From: Lama glama
Taxonomy: Eukaryota
NCBI GenBank assembly: GCA_028534125.1
Contig: CM052816.1
Coordinates: 99,140,001-99,204,000 of the forward strand
DNA: 64,000 bases
Direction of reading: 5' to 3'
The notes beneath the pieces are model-generated. The model was not told the origin of the DNA and searched no databases. It worked only from the letters and a program-made list of their open reading frames with translations. Below are positions 60,655 to 64,000 of this stretch, in pieces; the first letter of the stretch is position 1, and each line of letters starts with the position of its first letter. The position numbers were made by a program, and so were the translations under genes.

Positions 60655-63589
60655 GTGAGGGGGAGGATGATGTCAGAGCCCCTGGGCGGCACCGGGCGAG
60701 CCCCACGTAGACTCGGACACCACAGCCCCAGCCTGAGTTGGTGCGATTTGTCAGCATCCCTGCTCGCCGAGGGGACTGGAGAGGAGGACGAGGCCCATTA
60801 TCTGGGAGATGCCAGTCTGGATTTCACCAGTTAAGCTCTGCTGGAATTTGGGAGCTGGTGTTTGAGGAGGAAAATGTTGGTGATTTTCGATAAACAGCAT
60901 TCTCCCACTTTAAATTAGCCGGTCTCAATTACAGGTAGCCCCATGTTTCTCACGCATCGGTTCCAGTCCAAACACACGGAGTACAGGGTTCTCAATCAGA
61001 CTTTATTTCCTGGTTCTTTTTGCCTAGATGTTGCTTTGGGTGCCCCTTCCACACAGATAAGTATGAACCTCTGGTGAAGAAACAGCAAAGGGTGGGAGCT
61101 GTGTTTCAAGCTCTTTGATTTGCATGAACCTGCCATCCTTCCCTGTGCCTGTCTGTTTTTCTGAGAGAATACACCTCTCAAAATTTTAATGCATGTGAGG
61201 AAGCCTTGCCTAACTCTGGAAAGCGGAATCCCGTTTAGCGCCGGGTGACCACTTTCTGGACAGCAGCCCGAACGAGCGGGCTGTTCCAGCCCATACTCGG
61301 GGGCAGGTTCACAGATTAAACCCAGGCCCAGGGAGCTGTGACTACGCTCCGTCTGGAAAGTGACTCCTGGTTCCTAGAAAGCGCACAGGCAGGAGACACC
61401 CAAGGGTTAATGTAATTTCCATCCCAGCGAGTTTTGCTTGCCATTCTTTTCTTTTTCTTTTCTCCCTTTTAACTGATTCGTAGCATAAAATCTTCCTGGA
61501 CACCTAATTATCAAGCCAGCTCACAGTCACAGCTGTCTGCTTGGAGAACCCATTAGACGCAGCGGTTGAAGCCTCTGTAATTCCCCAAACTTCCCGGTTG
61601 TGAATATTAAGAAAAGGTTTTTACATGTCATATGCAATTCGAAGGTGGTGTGAATGGCCTCGGAGATGACGAGCCCTGAATGCTTGTCCATCACACCATT
61701 CACTGGTTACAGGTGGTCTCATTTTCCACTCTCAGATATCGGCTGGCTATGACAGCAGGCACTTAATTTGCATGTTCGACAGACAACAAACGGCCCCGTG
61801 CATGTCAAAATAGGTGGTGATGCGTGACAGTTTCTACACAATACTGTCTCCTCTTTGTGTGACCTTTGACCCCTCGGCATGTCTTTTTTCCACCCTCAGG
61901 AAAAAAAAAAATATGCACTTCTCTGCTTTGGAATAAATTTGATACCAAATTGATTATTTTTCTTTCTTCTTCCTCTTCTTCCTCCTCCTCCTCTCCCCCA
62001 CCCCCTCCTTTTAAAGGGTGCCATGCATCCGAATTTTCATCTTAACTGGTACAAAACTCTGCCAGGAGAACCTCATAAAATTTAAAAATAGGGAGGCTGT
62101 GCAGACAGGAAGCTGTCTTGTCGAAACCCATTGTAGTTAAATTGCTTGGAACTTTTTAATAAACGTAACCTTTAAGAGCAGGCTGTAATCAGGTTAATTT
62201 TTATTTAAGAAGATCATAAAATTAGAATCTTTAAGGCTTTTCTTTAACTGGTGTTAATTAGATTCCTGTCCTTGGAACACTTTTAATATTAATATTTCAC
62301 CATGGTTTAAAATTACTTTCTTTAATTGCAGGTCTGGCCGCCCTGTATTAGCTCTAACACCCAGTTATTCTAATTTTCTGTAATAAGAGCAGTAAGTCCC
62401 AGCCCCTCCCTCCTGAGTCCACGGAAACCTGCTAATGAGAATACAGCTCACAATCAGGCTTGAAAGGTTAAAAGAGTGTGAACCTGAGAATGCCCTCCAG
62501 GGCGGTTGGCACCAGAAAGGCCCAGGGCTTGTGCTTTTATTTTGGTGGGGGCGTCCTCTGCAATTTATGCAGTGCTAAGATTTCACAGGGGTGACTCTCC
62601 GCCCCGTGGAGGGGACCTAGGGACTGACCCGAACTCCCAGGGAGCGCACACCCCGTCGTCTCACCAGAGAGGGGCATAATCCGCTCCCCAGTCTCATTTT
62701 AGTGAGGGTCTTGTTTTAATTAAGAATTAAGCGTGATAGCAGATAATCGCCCCTCCCAGGTGTCGTAAGATTTGAGCTGCAGCTGTGAATCCAGCAGCCA
62801 GTGGGGTGATTACCCCATGATCACCACACCCCAGGGTTGCCCTACTGAAGGTCCCAGAACAGCGAGCAGGGCTCCATGGCTGGCAGGGCCGTGGGCTGCC
62901 TGGAGCAGACAGGGCTGGGCCTGGAGACTGGGTGGAAGGCTGGTGGCTCCTCCATGGGGTGAGTTCGCACAGACACACAGACCTCATCCTAGACCCTCAG
63001 AATTAAGGAAAAGGAGAACTGGGGGTGGTTTTCCACGAGATCTCAGCCAGAACCGTGAAGAGCGCCCAGGCTGGGGCTCTCCAGAGTGCCCTAGTGCACG
63101 GAGGCCAAGCCCAGCCTGCAGGACGGCTCTCCCTGACTCGATTCCAGACTTCCATGTCTTCTCAGGCCTGGGGATGCTAGTTAGGGAGGATGTGGGTCAA
63201 GTTCAAATCAAATTTAGAAACACATCATCTCCAAGGAGATGATGGCTGGTCTGTTTTGCACATTTCCCCTGAAAACTAGGTGGATATTTCTGCTTGTTGG
63301 TTTATATACAGCAGGTGACTCCTGAGCAAGTCAAGGACAGGTCCCTATCACAGACCCCCTGGCTTTCAGGACCACTGACTGCACTGCAGCGCCTCTCCTG
63401 GGGCTCACATGTAACTGCCCAGAGCACTTAAAAGCCAGTGTTCAGATGTGTTTTTCTGATGTGTTTGGGCCCCCAGAGGGGATAGAAGAAGTGGAACCTT
63501 TGCTGGCATGTGCATCAAAGTCAGCTTATGTGTTCTGTCCACTGTGAGGCAGCCGGGGTAAGATCTGAGGGCACATACTCTTCTTGTGA

Positions 63590-63787
63590 GCCTGGAAAAG
63601 CGCACAGAGCCCTGGGAGTGGTACTGGACAGCCCCTGTTCAAATCCCAGCTCTTTCTGGCTGTGACTCTAGGCCAGTACCTAAACCCTCTGTACCTTGGT
63701 TTCCTCATCTGTAAAGGGGAGCAGGAATACGTGTTGACTTTGTGGGCTTCCTATGAAAATATGTATGCGTGAATATTTGGAAAGCAT
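63590..63787 (+). mobile_element. MIR SINE
   Basis: gttcaaatcccagctct...ctgtgactctaggccagtacctaaaccctctgtaccttggtttcctcatctgtaaagggg. Confidence 0.85.
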
Positions 63788-64000
63788 AGTGAGGTTAACA
63801 ATGTCCCTCAAAATGTGTGCCCGCTAAGAACCTCAGAGTGAGACCTTATTTGCAAAGAAGGTTTCTGTAGATGGAATTAGTTAAGGAACACAGGATGAAA
63901 ATCGCGTGGCTGGAGGTGGGCCCTGTAGCCAATGACTGGTGTCTTTCTACGGCACATAGAAGAGAAGGTGATGTAAAGACGGAGACAGAGGTTGGGCATC
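63788..64000 (+). mobile_element. MaLR LTR (MLT1B/C-like), cut by the window edge
   Basis: gaacctcagagtgagaccttatttgcaaagaagg...ggtgggccct...ccaatgactggtgtcttt...gtgatgtaaagacggagacagagg. Confidence 0.85.

Overview
This is mammalian genomic DNA, most likely a camelid (alpaca/llama/camel), inferred from three tRNA-Ala-like camelid-type SINEs and the L1 3' ends. It has two 500-N scaffold gaps. I could not support any protein-coding exon or RNA gene; the ORF track is mostly noise or decayed transposon sequence. The left part (about 1-28 kb) is AT-rich and dense in old and young L1, with an ERV1 solo LTR and two hAT-Charlie fossils. The right part (about 28-64 kb) is more GC-rich, with a CpG island at about 38.0-39.1 kb and many repeat-free blocks rich in homeobox, SOX and TCF motifs, as expected in a developmental-gene desert or large intron. 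The most unusual signal is a ~500 bp Ty3/Gypsy reverse-transcriptase fossil at about 34.7-35.2 kb, a class long inactive in placental mammals and possibly exapted. Other notable items are a frameshifted Buster-type transposase fossil missed by the ORF track, an L1 fragment apparently patched into a deletion by microhomology, and a CTCF site with its upstream motif. No complete novel biological system is demonstrable from the sequence alone. Repeat family names come from recognition of consensus features, not from a database search, and boundaries are approximate.
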